Assembly (NCBI GenBank): GCA_001938485.1
Contig: MQRK01242463.1
Location: 1-55,863, forward strand
Reading direction: 5' to 3'
DNA: 55,863 nucleotides
Origin: Girardia tigrina
Taxonomy: Eukaryota
A program made the translations under genes and the position numbers. The notes under the pieces were generated by a model, which worked only from the letters and a program-made list of their open reading frames with translations, did not search any database and was not told the DNA's origin. Every line of letters starts with the position of its first letter. The first letter of the stretch is position 1. Positions 1-14,900 of this stretch are shown one piece after another.

Positions 1-935
1 TACTTAATTTTAATGCCTCGATTTCAGCACTTTAAAAATCTGTACGTACCACTGTAAAATAATGCTTATTACAAAGGTTACACCATCTCTTAGAAAATCC
101 AAAAAACTAAGTTATACACATAATATATTGTTTTTAATTAAAATTGTAAAAAAACATTTTTTATATAAAATTCTGGAAAAGTCAAGTGTTTGTTTAACTA
201 CAGAAGCATTTTTTCAAAACTTATTGAACAATATAATTGACGCAAAGTTGAAGAAATTATACTTTTTAAATGAAAATTTCATTTCGAAGACTGCGCAAAA
301 CCGACCGAATTTTTTAAAATATTTATTTTAATTTTAATTTTTTAATTTTAATTTATTTAAATTCATTTAAATGAATTTTGTAAACTTTCACCCAAAAATT
401 TCTATTGCCTTAGAATCTTTTTAACCATAGCAGTAAGCGTAGCAAGGACGGAGAGAGAGATTTTAGCGTTCTCGAACGAATTAAATTTTTTTTGAGATTA
501 ACAATGATCCAGGATCGTGTAATTGGTCTACCGATTTTAAATATTAATTGGGATATAGCGAAAATTTCGGATTATTCAAATTAATAAATTCTTTCGCAGC
601 TCTAAGGGCTCAAAAAGTGATTTTGTAATTTTTATTCATTAGTTTTAGTTTTCGTATTTTGTTATTTTGATTCATATTTTTATTTATGTATTTTGGTAAA
701 TAAATTTTTGATCAATAAAGACATACTATTTTTATTTTTTTCTGAACATAGGGGTCACATAAATTACCTGACCTTGGCCTCCAAGAGGCTCTTACAGTCT
801 CTGCTGGTGATTATCTCTTGCGGTGAACTACTTTGTTGATGTCATATATATTTAATTGGTTTTATCATATTCATATAGTTTTTTTCAAATACAAATACAA
901 AATGGTGCTACTTTTTATGCTCTATTTGCATTTAG

Positions 936-1181
936 ATAATCCGATTGTATTTTATCCTGATCTTCATTTTTATATAAGAATGCATCACATTGAAATTAAC
1001 TGTCTTCTTGATCCCGATACAAAAGTATTAGATCTCATGATGTCGTGGTGGATGAATATGAACATATCCAAATCGCGTTTTATAACCGTTTACGACCATA
1101 AGATAATTATTTATAAATCCATTCTTCAAAGTTTTATCAATATTAGCTGCCAATTAGTATGGGATAAAAATGAGGAAGAAC
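936..1181 (+). CDS. IgSF gene exon: Ig-like domain 1 (DNPIVFYP...IEINC...MSW...INISCQL)
   Basis: Acceptor ttgcatttag ends at 935, donor c|gtagaa at 1182; 246 nt, phase 1-1; lies inside ORF 833..1216. Confidence 0.7.
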
Positions 1182-3027
1182 GTAGAAATATATTTTTTCA
1201 GATTTTAATTTTTTAATTTTTATTTTAGATATCATTATTTTTCAAATTAAGAAAACAGGTATATTTACGTTTTGTCATACGTTTCGTTTATATATATAGT
1301 CAATCCTGTTCAATATGAACACCAGTATTCCAACTTTTTCAAGTGTTCATATTAAGAAATAATATGAACACTTATTAACACAACTATATTAATAAAAAAT
1401 AAGAGGAATATGTATTTACACAAGAATAGTAAAGATATGTTTATTACAATATTTATTAAAATTTCAATATTTTTTGTGTATAATAAAGTCTGTAATTTTC
1501 AATTGTCTGGATGCCTTTTCTCCTTGAATTTCATCAATCAAGTCCCATATTTTGTTCATCTTATCAGGAAAATGGTCCTGAAAATATTTTTCAAGTTTTT
1601 TTGCATACTTATATGCTTCAAATCCTTTTATTACTGTATCTTCTTCTACATCTTCAACAGAATTATCATTTACTTCTTCTTTTTCAGAACATTCATTCTC
1701 ATAATTTTCCACTAGATAATATAAGATATTTTCATCATTTTTTGGATTAGCCTAGAAACATGGAAAATCACCATGTTCCGTAATCCCTTGTTTAACACAT
1801 GCATTTTCGAAAGACATGGTACAACAATTACAGATTGTCTCTAGTTTTACATTATTCCATGATTTCAAAATCCAAACCATTAATTCATACAAATCAATTT
1901 TCATGCACCATGTTCTCTTGTGTAACATTATTATCTAAATGGAAATTCAGTGACAAGCTCAAAGTATTCTTATAATAGTCTTTAAAATTTTTATATTATA
2001 CTTTGATCAAGAGGTTGTATAAGAGATTATTTGTTTGGTGGGAAAAAATAATTCGATATAGCTTAATTCAGTCTTTTGGATGAATGGGTGCGTTATCTAA
2101 CAAAAATAAAATTATTCAGCTGACATCTTACTGTTCAAATCTTTTAACAATTCTGGAAAAATTGTTAACGTCATCCAATATACATAAATGTTTTTATTCA
2201 ATGTTCATAATAGATAGATTATAAATGAATATTTAAACAATAATTTGATTAATAATATTTTTTTATATTTTACACTAATTACATTGTTTTATATTGTTCA
2301 TTGTTCAAAATAAACAGTATTCGTATTATCAAATGAACTTTACAATTAAATCAATATGGTTGTTGCAAATTTTCAACTTAGACTTTCCTATTAAAGTATG
2401 TTCATATGGAACAGGTTTAACGATATATATACAGTCAGGTGCAAAAGTTTGTCAACGCTTGTTGTTAAATTGTCTTTTGCACCCAACTGCAATTATATTG
2501 ACAAAAGCACACCAAAATACAAACATTATAATAAGACACAAATTGTGACGGATTAACCATTTGATGATGGTTTGCAAGTGCTGAGACAGCCTACTGTGAA
2601 GTTGCACTGCTGTAACATGAGGGGTTCTTTCAGCCTCCTGTAATTTTTTTTCTGTCATCTCTTTGACTGGTTGATCTTGGACGACCAGATCGAAATCTTG
2701 AACATATGGAACCAATGTCCCTTTTTCTCTGAACAGTCTGACACACAACTCCAAGAGAAACATGAAGAGTTGTAGTTATTTGTCGATAAGAAACGTCGTG
2801 CTTCTGCAATACCAAATCTGCTGCACGCTGTTCTGTTGTTAGTTCCTTTCCGTGGACAGGCATGACTCTAAAATAAATAATGACAAATTATAACTTGAAA
2901 AGTAATAAAAATAAAATATGCATTTAATAATTTAAATGGTTTATGTATACTTAACAGGAATACACAAACATGCAGTGCAACAACAAAAAGATGTATAGAA
3001 ACAAGCGTTCACAAACTTTTGAACCTG

Positions 3028-3076
<49 letters not shown>

Positions 3077-6000
3077 ATGTGTGTCTATATACATTTGAGG
3101 CGACTTNNNNNNNNNNNNNNNNNNNNNNNNNNNNNNNNNNNNNNNNNNNNNNNNNNNNNNNNNNNNNNNNACATACATATTTATACCAAAAAATTATTTT
3201 TACAATGTAAAATGAAAAATATCGCATTTATTTTTCAATGGTATTTTCAATGCGATTACTATTATTAGGTATATAACTTAGTTTTTTGGATTTTCTAAGA
3301 GATGGTGTAACCTTTGTAATAAGCATTATTTTACAGTAGTACAGATTTTTAAAGTGCTGTAAGTCGACGAGAGATACATGTACTTAGGATCATTTATGGG
3401 TCGCATTGTCGCATACACTCCTGAGAAAATATTCTCTGACGTCCTCGCTGACTTAAACTATATAAATATGCCCCTCCTCCTTCCTTGGCAAAAACTGCAT
3501 TCATACATGTTATTTGACCTCTCTAAATTTATATTTAACTTTAGAAACTTGTTCATTCCCTTTGGCAAATTAATAGAGTCTGTTACAGGATGGGATATCA
3601 ACATTAGGAGATTTTTCAAGGATGTACTAGGAGTACCTCACAACACATCAACACCCTACATCTATGTATCTCATTCAAATGGAGGAGTTGTAATGACTTC
3701 TGCCATAGATGAATACATAATCCAGTCCATCAGTCACTCCTTTTACATGTTAAACTCCACTGACCCAAATATTTCAGAAGCTGCCAATGTCACAATTAGA
3801 CACTCTTTACCAGACAGATCTGTTGGTTTTGATGATGTACTAAGCTGGCTAAACACTTACAATAAAGAACGTAACTCGTGGTGGAATAAAATACATCAGG
3901 CCATCCATATATTTAAAGATACTCATGGAGTTATAATTCAATTTCTTTATAGCTACCCTAGAGTAGTGATATTAATCTCACAGAATGTTGGTGGCAGAGT
4001 GACTCTTGAGACTTTTAATTCTAACAATAAAGATAAATTAACTAAAATCTTAAGGAATTGTGTGCCAAACTCCGATTTGGAGCCGTGGGATAAGCAGAAC
4101 AGTGCTGGTAAATATTCAGTCGCTCTATTACAATCTGCCTAATCTACCTCACCAATATATAAAGATCGACTCACAATTTCTGAATGCAATTTATTCATCA
4201 TTCACGCTCATAAACTATTCCTGTTAAGTGCAGACCGAGTGTAATCATTCGTATTCCTTGTTATCGAGGTTGCTCTAAAGATGAGACTCTTGTTCACGTG
4301 TTGGTGGGCTGTAATTTTTTGAGTAACTTCCGGAATGCACGACACAACGCTGTGCTTGATATCTTCGCTGCTGAAATTAAAGCACACTCGGGTGGTGTAA
4401 TACATTTGAATAAAACCTGTCGGTATGTTCCTTCCACGAAGCATGTTGATTTGCAAATCTTCTTTGAATCAATAAATACTTTGTTTCTTCATACCATCAA
4501 ATGCCCCTAATCTAGAGAATGCTGATTTAAAGAATGTGAACAAATAATTCCCATTAATGTTACAAATTAAAGATATATGTGGGTAAAAAGTCGTCTTTGA
4601 TACAATCATTGTTGGTGCTCTTGGTTCATGGTGGACCCACAATGAGGACATCCTGAACGACCTTAATTTTTCATTTAGAAAGAAAGTCATAGCCAATGCC
4701 TGCGATGAGTCCAACATTCGCTGCTCCTGTCGTCAATGATAAGCCTTTCAGGATCCGCGGGAAAAGCAGAACACACATAGATATGAAGATGTTACGCACG
4801 ATCCAAATGCTGGCTTCGAAGTCCTTCAAGGAGGACTTCTTTTCGGTGAGTACGACTCTGACTCTGTGTTTGGGTTATGGTAGCTGTGTTCTTAACATTC
4901 TGAGGATTTATATTAGTATTGGGATCAAGGTTTAAAATGTTTGTGTTAGGGACAATGACCCAACTTAAGTGTGTTCACATGAGTTTAACTGCTATGTATG
5001 GCAGAGGTGAGAGCTTTTTATGTATGATGGATCCCATGTTCTATAACTCAGTTTGTTTGACATCACAATTGATGTCCTTTGTGTTTCCGCTTTGAACATA
5101 GAAGCAGATGAATGCTTGCAATTTTGGGTCCACGAGCGCTGGTCTGCTTTCCTGCTCCGCAAAGTTCCAATGCTGGTAATTAGGAGCCCTTCTCTCTTTT
5201 TCTTCTTTGCCCCCTTCATCTTCCACTCAGAAAAGGTGCTGCAAAGAACTAAAACTAAATTTTAACAAATCACTGTGTTTACAATAAACATTTTGCAAAA
5301 AAAAATTTTATGATAAATGTATAAAGTGAGTAAAAATGATTTCTAAAATTGATGTTATAAACACTATAAATGTTGACTGGATATGTTCATCATTGAATTT
5401 TCCATTTGCAACTTCTTCGAGTGTAAGTTTTCTAAAACTTTGACTTTTTTTAATTTAATTTTTCATAAATACTTTTATAAATTTTTTTTATAAATTCTTT
5501 TAAATTGCATTATTAATGTTTCAACTAAAAACATTTCATGATCTTCAGCTGACTGAATTTGTTTTTAAAACTTTTAATACAAACCTAAATGAAATCAGAT
5601 GAGCAAAAATCTTAGGACTACCCTAAAAATCTGTTTTACCGTTACTATAATATAATCATTATACTATTTGTTCGAAGATTAATTATATCAATCTTGATTT
5701 TTGAACTGATTTAGATTGTTTTTCGTTGTAGTAATCATTGTTGATCCCTTTGAGTTATATTTTTATAATAAATCGAATTATTTACTTAATGAAAGCATTT
5801 CGTGCAATATTTTGTCACACATACTCACTTCATATCCACATTTATACCAAATTGAATGGCAAAGTGAAGAACCTTTAAAGTTTACCTCAAGGATCATAAA
5901 TAATATCCACCATTTAATAATTGACAAAAGAAATGTTCCAGGCAGTTACAATATTACATGTGCTTTAATATATTATGATTACAAAAACATCGTTTTCAGA

Positions 6001-9000
6001 AATCGACTTTCAGTTACAAAATTGTTTTTCATTACAGGTAAATTTTTTTAATTAAAATTCAATAGAATTCTATTAAAAATATTTCAATTTATTAAAAGTT
6101 TTTTATAAATAAATTTTAATTTATTTTAACCTTCTGTGACGTGCAACGTAATAATGCGTTTTTTAACCTAGGCCGTTCGGCCGTGGGTACACCCAGCATG
6201 CGGGCGGAACTCAACTTGGCCAACAGAATTTTTTAAATTTTTTATTGTTTCTTTTCATGGTTAGAATTCTAACCCAATTTTAATAACAATAATGTTAATT
6301 AATAATATTTTTTAATTATTTTTTTAGATTTAATTATTTAAATTAATTTTAAAATATTGCTATTTACACATATAACTATCTATTAATAAAAGCAAGTAGC
6401 AATAAGTCAGCTATTTTGTCAGTCAACTCTGAGTCTTGAAATTGAACAGAAAGAATATGATCATTGGATTAAGGAAACGGTTGATTCTTGAACATTAAAA
6501 GAGATGGATGTCAATATATATATATATGCAGCAATAACAAATACAATATAAATAATGCTTTTTGTGAGCGCCGATCCCGGCCAGTAAATTAACGTCCGAC
6601 ATCAATAAAATAGCTTCGCTTTAAAAAAGAATAATTCGATGAAAACGGTTCCAAACTTTATTTAAAAAAAATTCTACACTATTCGAATATTTAAACAAAA
6701 ATATTTTTGTTCATATATATTTTTTAGAACCCGTTCATTAATTTTTTTAAGTTTTCGAACTAAAGATTTTAGTATATAAATATTAATGTTGTAAATATTG
6801 TTATTGATTTTATGTATTAAATATTTATGGATTATTTTACTTCAAATTTTTTTTATTTTTTTTATAGATATTTTTTTATTATTACAAAACGAAATTTTAA
6901 AATAATTCTATTTTAAATATCTCACATCCCCCCTTTTTAAGAATTTTAATTGCTCCACATTTCGTGTCACACCTTTCCATCTATCGTTTTCCATTCTATA
7001 ACATCTATCGTGTACTTTCTGTTATCCGATACGGTCCTTCATATTTATGATCTTCTTTATTCCTAACTTCCTTTTTTACCCATACTTCTTCTCCAATTTC
7101 CAACTTTCTCCTTGTGTCCCATGTATCTAGCTTACATGTCTTTTCTCTCACTTACGTATTATTTCCCCTCACCCTTCCTGTGTTCTATCATTCCATTGAA
7201 ACCTGTCTATTCACTTACCGAACACTATTTCTGCCGGCCTCTTCCCCGTCGTCTTCTGAACAGTACTTTTCAAGATGTATTCTATTTCTGGTAAAATATC
7301 CGCGGGTAAAATACCCTTTCTATCTCTTAGAGTCGCCATCCAGTATTCTCTTATTGTCCGAAACTGTCGTTTGATAATTCCGTTTGTTTTATGATGGCAG
7401 TGGCTCGAGAATAACAATTTGATTTTGAGTCTCTCCATCATTTCTCGAATCACTTGTGATTCAAAGCTTTTTCCACAATCTACATGAATTTCCTTTGGTG
7501 AACCGAATTTGAGTATCAATTATTCTGTATTATTTTTTGTATTGTGTTCTCGTCCTGCTTCCTTATAGCCGTGAGTGATATATATTTACTGAATTGGTCA
7601 ATTATGGTTATGATGTATCGTTCTCGGTGAAATTTTTCTTTCGATATGTCGATATATATTTTCTCAAATATTTCATCTGCCTTCATATGTATCCGATCTT
7701 CTTTTGTTTTCTGCGTCACTGTTTTGGTTCGGGGATAAGCTTCACAGTTATTGATTGTTTCTTGGATCAATCTCTTCAAATCCTTCATATCATATGTTTC
7801 CCACATATGTTACCATGTGTTCTCTCCTCCTGTGTGACGTATTCCTTGGTGAATTTCTTTGATTATTGCCATACGTTTCCTTGCTGTTATCCATTTCTTC
7901 CCCATCATGGTGTAAATTTCTCCATTTTTCATGATAAATTTATCCGTCCGCTGAATCTCTATGTCTTTCCGTATCTCTCGTCGTCTGGTGTTGCCATGCT
8001 TGCCAGTAGCCTTGTTTTTGGTTTCTCTTTCTTTGCGTCTTCATGACTCGTCATACATTGTGGACATGTCTCACACATTCTCCTTGACATCACATCTGCA
8101 TTTGTATGCAATGTCCCTTTTCGGAATTGTAAATCAATGTCCAAACTGGAAAAATAGTTTATCTACGTTTGAAATTGTGCGGTGATTGGTTTTTTGGTCG
8201 TTATCATGAAGGTTATCACTTTATGGTCTGTCCTCAGAGTGAATCTCCTCCATACAAATAATGATTGAAGTGTTGGCAAAAGTAATATACAGTAGGAGAC
8301 AAATTATTACATACACCTCTATTTTTAATGTTCTTCTTTTATAAATATTTTATTAAAATGAATATCTTTCTGATATTTTTATACAATATTCTTTATGAAC
8401 ATGAACATATTTTCGCAAAATTTCGTATATATATGTTCATTTTTTAAAAAGGTATAACACTTTGAACATAAAATATGATGGACAAATTATTAAATACACA
8501 AAGACGCTGTTACACAATAAAGGTAGGAAAAGCCAAATAATACACAAAACACATATATTTAAGGTACAAAACTTTAGCTTAATGTTTCTAATATCTTATA
8601 TTACCTCCTTTAGCTTTAATTACTGCATCAATCCGTCGTGGCATGCTTTCAATAACGTTCTTTATTGTCACAGTAAGGCCGACATCTTGAAACCAAACCC
8701 GATTAAGTTCGGCGACCAGACCCTCTTTGGTAGTTATGGTTTGTCGTGATAGACGGTCTTTGACCAAAGCCCATATATTTTCGATGGGATTCAAGTCAGG
8801 GCTGTTACGCGGCCAAGGCAACATCGGAACCTTTTGCGTTTCTAAATATGTCTTCACAATCTTTGCTGTATGGCAGGGTGCCCCATCCTGCATGAATATG
8901 AAATCTTTACTTCTTGGAAACCATTTCTTTATTTGAGGAATTGCTGAATTACGTATGACATCTAAATATTTTTCCGAATTCATAATGTCATCACAGACGT

Positions 9001-11837
9001 GAAGTGAACTAAGGTCCTTGCAACTGATCATCCCCTACACCATTGCCTTAGTTGGATGCTTAACAAATTCGAGGCCGCTCTGCATAACTGCATTCGAAAG
9101 TGCTTTCGTCACTAAAACATACCTTGTTCCATTGATCTTGAGTTCATTCACGATGCAGAAGAGCAAAAGCTAAACGTTTTCGTTTCATTGCAGGAGTCAG
9201 CTTTGGTACTCGTCTTGCCTTAACTGATCGACAACCCAATTGATTGAGACGGCGGCACACGGTGCGAGTAGATACACGAACTCCATAAGAATTCCATTCA
9301 TTTTGAAGTTGAGCTGCAGTTGCTAAAGGATTTATTCTGAGGTTACGAACCAGTATTCTATCCTCACTTGTTGTAGAAGCCTTTTTGCGATCACTTTTTC
9401 CTACTCTTATAGCATCGCTAGTCGAGTATACAGGGTCATTCTTGCATTTTTGATACTGTCATCACGCTAACATCGATTCATCTAGCTATTTCTCGCATTG
9501 AAAGTTCAGTATTTTTCAACAAAACCAATATTGTCACCTTCTTTTCTTTTGATATATCTTGAGACCTTCCCATTCTTTACTAAATACTGTGCTAGTTGAT
9601 AAAATGATTGTAATTACACAAATTTACACATCAATTATACTACCTAGGTTACATAACAACATTACATAATAACTCAAGTTACACAATTTAAATCGTAAAT
9701 CACATTTCCGACCTTTATTGCGTAACCGTGTCTTTGTGTATTTAATAATTTGTCCATCATATTTTATGTTCAAAGTGTAATAACTTTTTAAAAAGTGAAC
9801 ATATATATACGAAATTTTACGAAAATGTGTTCATGTTCATAAAGAATATTGTATAAAAATATCAGAAAAATATTCATTTTAATAAAATATTTATAAAAGA
9901 AAAACATTAAAAATAGAGGTGTATGTAATAATTTGTCTCCTACTGTATGGCCAACAGTCCTTTCCGGGTAATATACTATCCTTTTTCGTGCGTTCCCATT
10001 GCATGAGATTCCTATGCTATCACCCTTTCGTTTCCTACTTCATCTCTCTGTGCTAATACTGCTCCAATTGTGTCGAAACTTGCGTCGGTATCTAATATAA
10101 ACTCCATCTTAACATCTGGGAATGTCAATACTGGTGTATTCATTAATGCGGTTTTTAATTTCCTGAAATGCTTTATCACAACCCTCAGTCCAAATTAATT
10201 TCTCTTTATTCCGTCCGCATAGTTCTTCCAAAACTTTCGACTTCTTTGAATATTCTTTTATAAATCGTCTATAATAGTTGCATATCCCTAGAAAACTACG
10301 AAGGTTTTTTACATATTTCGGTCTTTCAAATGATTTAATAGCCTCAATTTTCCCAGGGTCTGTTTTAATCCCGTCTTTATTTACAACATGTCCTAAGAAC
10401 TTGATTTCTGTCCGTAACCGTTTGCATTTATCTGGTATCACTGGTAATCCTGTTCGTCCAATCCTTTCAAGCACTTTCTCTAACACCTCGTAATATCGAT
10501 CAATTGTTTCCTTGAAAATAAATATATCGTCCAAGTATACTGCCGTTCCATCCGTATAAATGTCTCCTAAAATCTTCATTATCAGTTTCTGGAATGTACC
10601 TGGAGCTGCCGCTATTCCAAATGGCATTTGTTGAAAACAAAATTGTCCCGATTTGGTCGAAAAAGCCGTTTTTTCTTGTGATTCTCTGTCTAACTGTCCG
10701 TGGTAAAACGCATTACCGAGGTCAATGGAACTGAAAAATTTTGCACCATGTAGCGCGTCCAGCATTTCTTATATGCTCGGCATCGGAAATGCTTGTCTCT
10801 CCGTTATTCGTTTCAGCTGCCTAAAGTCCAAACACAACCGTATATCCTGTTTATCTTTCTTCCAGACGCAAACCAATGGTGTGTTCCATGTCGAATTGCA
10901 TCTCCTGATCACTCCATTCTCAAGAAGATTCCATATGGCCTCATCTATTTTTTGTTCCATATTCATGGGTTGTCGACGTGGCTTCATCCAAATCGGTCCT
11001 CCTTTCGTTTCTATTCTGTGTTTTATTAATTCAGTACAACCTATGTCCCATTTATCCGCCATAAATACATTTTTATTCCGTTCGACTATTCCTTATAACT
11101 TATCTTCCTTCTTTATTTTTAGTATTTTTATTGCGTTCTGCATTCTCTCCTCCTCTGAAATATTTCCAAATCTTGGTTCGATCTCAAATACGTACTCTGC
11201 GTGGTCCTTGTCCTGTGTTTCCCATCTCAACTGAATTCCAAAATGTATTTGCATGTCTATACCAGCAATGATGCTTGGGTTTATTTTTTCAACTACCGTG
11301 AATTCTATCGTCCTACATCTATTACCTATGTGAACCTCCACTGTAATTTTTCCCAATGTATTTGGTGCACTATCATTTACACATGTCAACCTCTCTGTTG
11401 TGGGTCATACTACTATATTTCATAATTGTTGTACAATATCATTCCCTATCACGTTCACTCGTGCTCCGGTATCAAGAAAACAATCCCATCTCTTATTTTG
11501 TATTACTATCTCTAAACTTGGTCTGCCTTGCATACGATTATAGACTATTTCTAACACTTTCCATTTCTTCAATGTCATTATTTCTATTTCCCCTATTATT
11601 TCTTCACTTATTTTATCTGTTCTATCATTTAAATATTTATTAGTGTTATTTTGTCTCTCTCGTTTATGATCTCTTGTCATGAATTTATAAGTTGATTCAA
11701 AAGTTCTCATCTCTACTGTTAAATTATCATTATCTCCTACTATCTCTTCTCTCTTTTCATTATTTAAAATCTCATTCTGATTATTATTTAATATAGTATT
11801 GATATTATAAATATTATATATATTACTTTATATATTA

Positions 11838-11886
<49 letters not shown>

Positions 11887-11936
11887 NNNNNNNNNNNNNN
11901 NNNNNNNNNNNNNNNNNNNNNNNNNNNNNNNNNNNN

Positions 11937-11986
<50 letters not shown>

Positions 11987-14900
11987 CTTTTAAAATCATT
12001 ATGTCGAAAATCATCAAAAACTAACATATCGCTCGCATCATGGTCCCGGCTGACGGAGCGTCTTCTTTTGGGTATTCGTCATAGATCTCGATATTCTCGT
12101 TTGATGCATCTGACTTCAGCGATCCGGATCGTCCACCATAGAATTCTCGTCTCCTGTCATCAGTTCTGTCCCCGATAGCTGCCACTGTTCTGTCCTGTCT
12201 CCGTCTCCTGTCGAACTGCTATCCATTTCCGAATATTCGTCATCTGTTCTAGCTGTGTAGTCTGTTTTCAAAACTGTTATCTCGATGTCGATATCTCTCT
12301 TGATCATTTTTCTGTCTCCTGTCGTAATCCTTTTGGTATCCATCATGTTGCATTTGTCGCCCGTATCTTTCCAGTATTCTTGTCTCAAATCGTCTTCTCT
12401 CCAAGTTCGTATAGCATCCGTCTTCTAAATGTCCGTTTAAGAGGCATCGTCTACATCAAAATGTCGTGCAATTCCTGCGAATGTGGCCCTGTTATCCACA
12501 TCAATGGCAGATTATTGATCTCCTTTTTACACAATTTCTGTTCAGGTGCCCTTCCTCACGACATGTCCAGCATTCTATTGTTATATTTGGGTATCTTTGT
12601 TCAGGTTTCACATTTATGTTAACTGTTGTTCTGTCAAATCGCCTTCCGTTATTCGTCACTGCCTCCTTGTACAATCGGAACACATTTATCTTCTCTATAT
12701 CAGCATTGATATTCTCCATTTGTTTAATCGTCTTTTGAATTTCTTCGACCAAAAAATTCGACTTCGACTTCGACCATATTCTGTTCCCTCATTTTTATTT
12801 CTTTCTTTGTATCCTTGTCATCAACGCAATGTATCAACAAATGAATTGTAATGACATTTCCTTCCCATTTGTGGCATAAGATTCGATCCGTCAATTCTTC
12901 TATTTTCTCGAAAAAATTTTCTGCTGAATCTTACTGATATTCAAGCGCCGCTGATATATCTTCTAATATATTACTCTGTTTTTTTAACGCTGCTCGGAGT
13001 TGTGCTTCATAACCGACAATAGATTCGTCCACCTTCTCGTAATCCTTGAGGAGCTCCCGATCCAGAAGGGTTTTTATAATATGTTCCCTCAATTTCTTCA
13101 AGGTTTGAGCGGCGTCAAAAGATCTATTGCATTCTTTAATATATTCTTCGATATTGTCATCTGTAAAAGCAACCTAAAGTTTAGTGATTGTTAACTTGAA
13201 ATTACTTTTACAATAGAATAAATAAATAAAAAAAAGACCAAACAATCAAAAAATGTTAACTATTCAACAATAACAGAAAGTATTAAAAAAATAATAATTA
13301 AAGTCGATCACAGTTAACAAAAAAACGAAATGAGGTCAGTGAGAGGACTGAATAAAAATGTTACTTCGAGATTTTGGTTGTAAATTTTAAGTGATCGTAA
13401 ACTTGAATTTGTTATGCGACAGTTATGACTAATAAAATAAGATCTGGGAATGTATGCTTCCTAAAATTAAACATTTGTAATGTTATTTTACCTGAAATTA
13501 ATTATAATAAGGTAGAAATAGCTTTTGGTTTACAATCAATAAAGAATGGAGTGATAATGATCCACGAATAATAGAGCTGAACAAACAAAAACAGCAATAA
13601 AGATCAAAATTTTGTTAGTTATCAAAATGAAAATACTAGATGTAGACATTTTAAAATAAATTAATATGTTTTAATTTATAAAAAATGTCAAGGGTTGTTC
13701 CGGATTAAGATTTTAAAAAAAAGAAATTTTTGAAATTATTTTTGTATAAAAGAAAAAAATATATGTATATAGATAAGAGTTTGTTTTTGTAAGAAAGTTT
13801 ATTTGTTTATCGAAAAAAATTGTTTTCTGGAAAATTTCAGAATGTTTTAATAATGTTTATTTAAATAATATTTTGCGTGACAACATTGCTTGTTTTGTTA
13901 TGTAAAAGAAAATAAATACTGTTTGCGTTTAAAAAATTTTTATATATATTATTGAAATTAAAAAAAAATATTCCATTGAATTTTAAAATAAAAAGTCAAA
14001 TGCTAAAAATAATCGAAACGAGTTCGTATCTCAACAAAATTTCTGTTCAAGAAGAAGGGAATCGCAGCAAATTAATCTGCTCAAAATGTAAGACGTTTTT
14101 CACCGTCCTCCGAATCGAATTCGAATCGCATCCTCTAAAATCACTCTCATTGACTTCAATCAACTCAAATGCATTTTTTTGCTACTCGAATTTCGATTTC
14201 CAAACACATCGAATCTTACTTAAACGAAAATTGCCGCTCGATGAACATTTGCAACTTGTTTAATGTCTTCATAGAAATGCACAAGCAAAAAGTGATCGTC
14301 ACAACAACAAATTCGTTTGTCCGATATGCTGCACTCAATTTACTGACGAATCTCAACTGATCGAGCACATCAAGTCAAATTTTATGAAGATTTACCACTG
14401 CACATTTAACAATAGTTACATGAAAACCACCCTCATCGATTTTATCATTAGTAAATCGGATATTATGGCAGGTTTTTGTGCCGGTCATGCTCAATTCACA
14501 GACTCACGAAAAGATAATTTGGCAAAAGACTGTTAAAGGGGGGTTCATTCCTGTGGGCCTGAACAAGCCGAGCTCAATCTCCGGAATTCTGATTTAATAA
14601 GGGTAAAATAATAACGGATTTGAATAACGTTATCGAGGAGCTTTGAATATTCAGGATAGAAGTTTTGAATCGGAAAATAACATTGGTCGAAAAATGATAC
14701 GAAGTTTAGAGCGACTAAAATCTTTTTTAAAAAGTGGGATTTTAAGAATTATATTGTTATAAGACGAAATTCCACACGAAAATATATTTGAGTAAAATAG
14801 CATAGATACACGCATGCATCTTAAATATAATAAAGAAATGAGAGTCGCCACAATTTAAAAGACTAATTGAATTCAAAACAATTCAGTAAGTAACTCGATC

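Noticed and set aside
2951-3268. ORFs spanning N runs and (TA)n (also 11839-12027, 20735-20989, 55217-55504)
   Set aside because: Artefacts of gaps and microsatellites.
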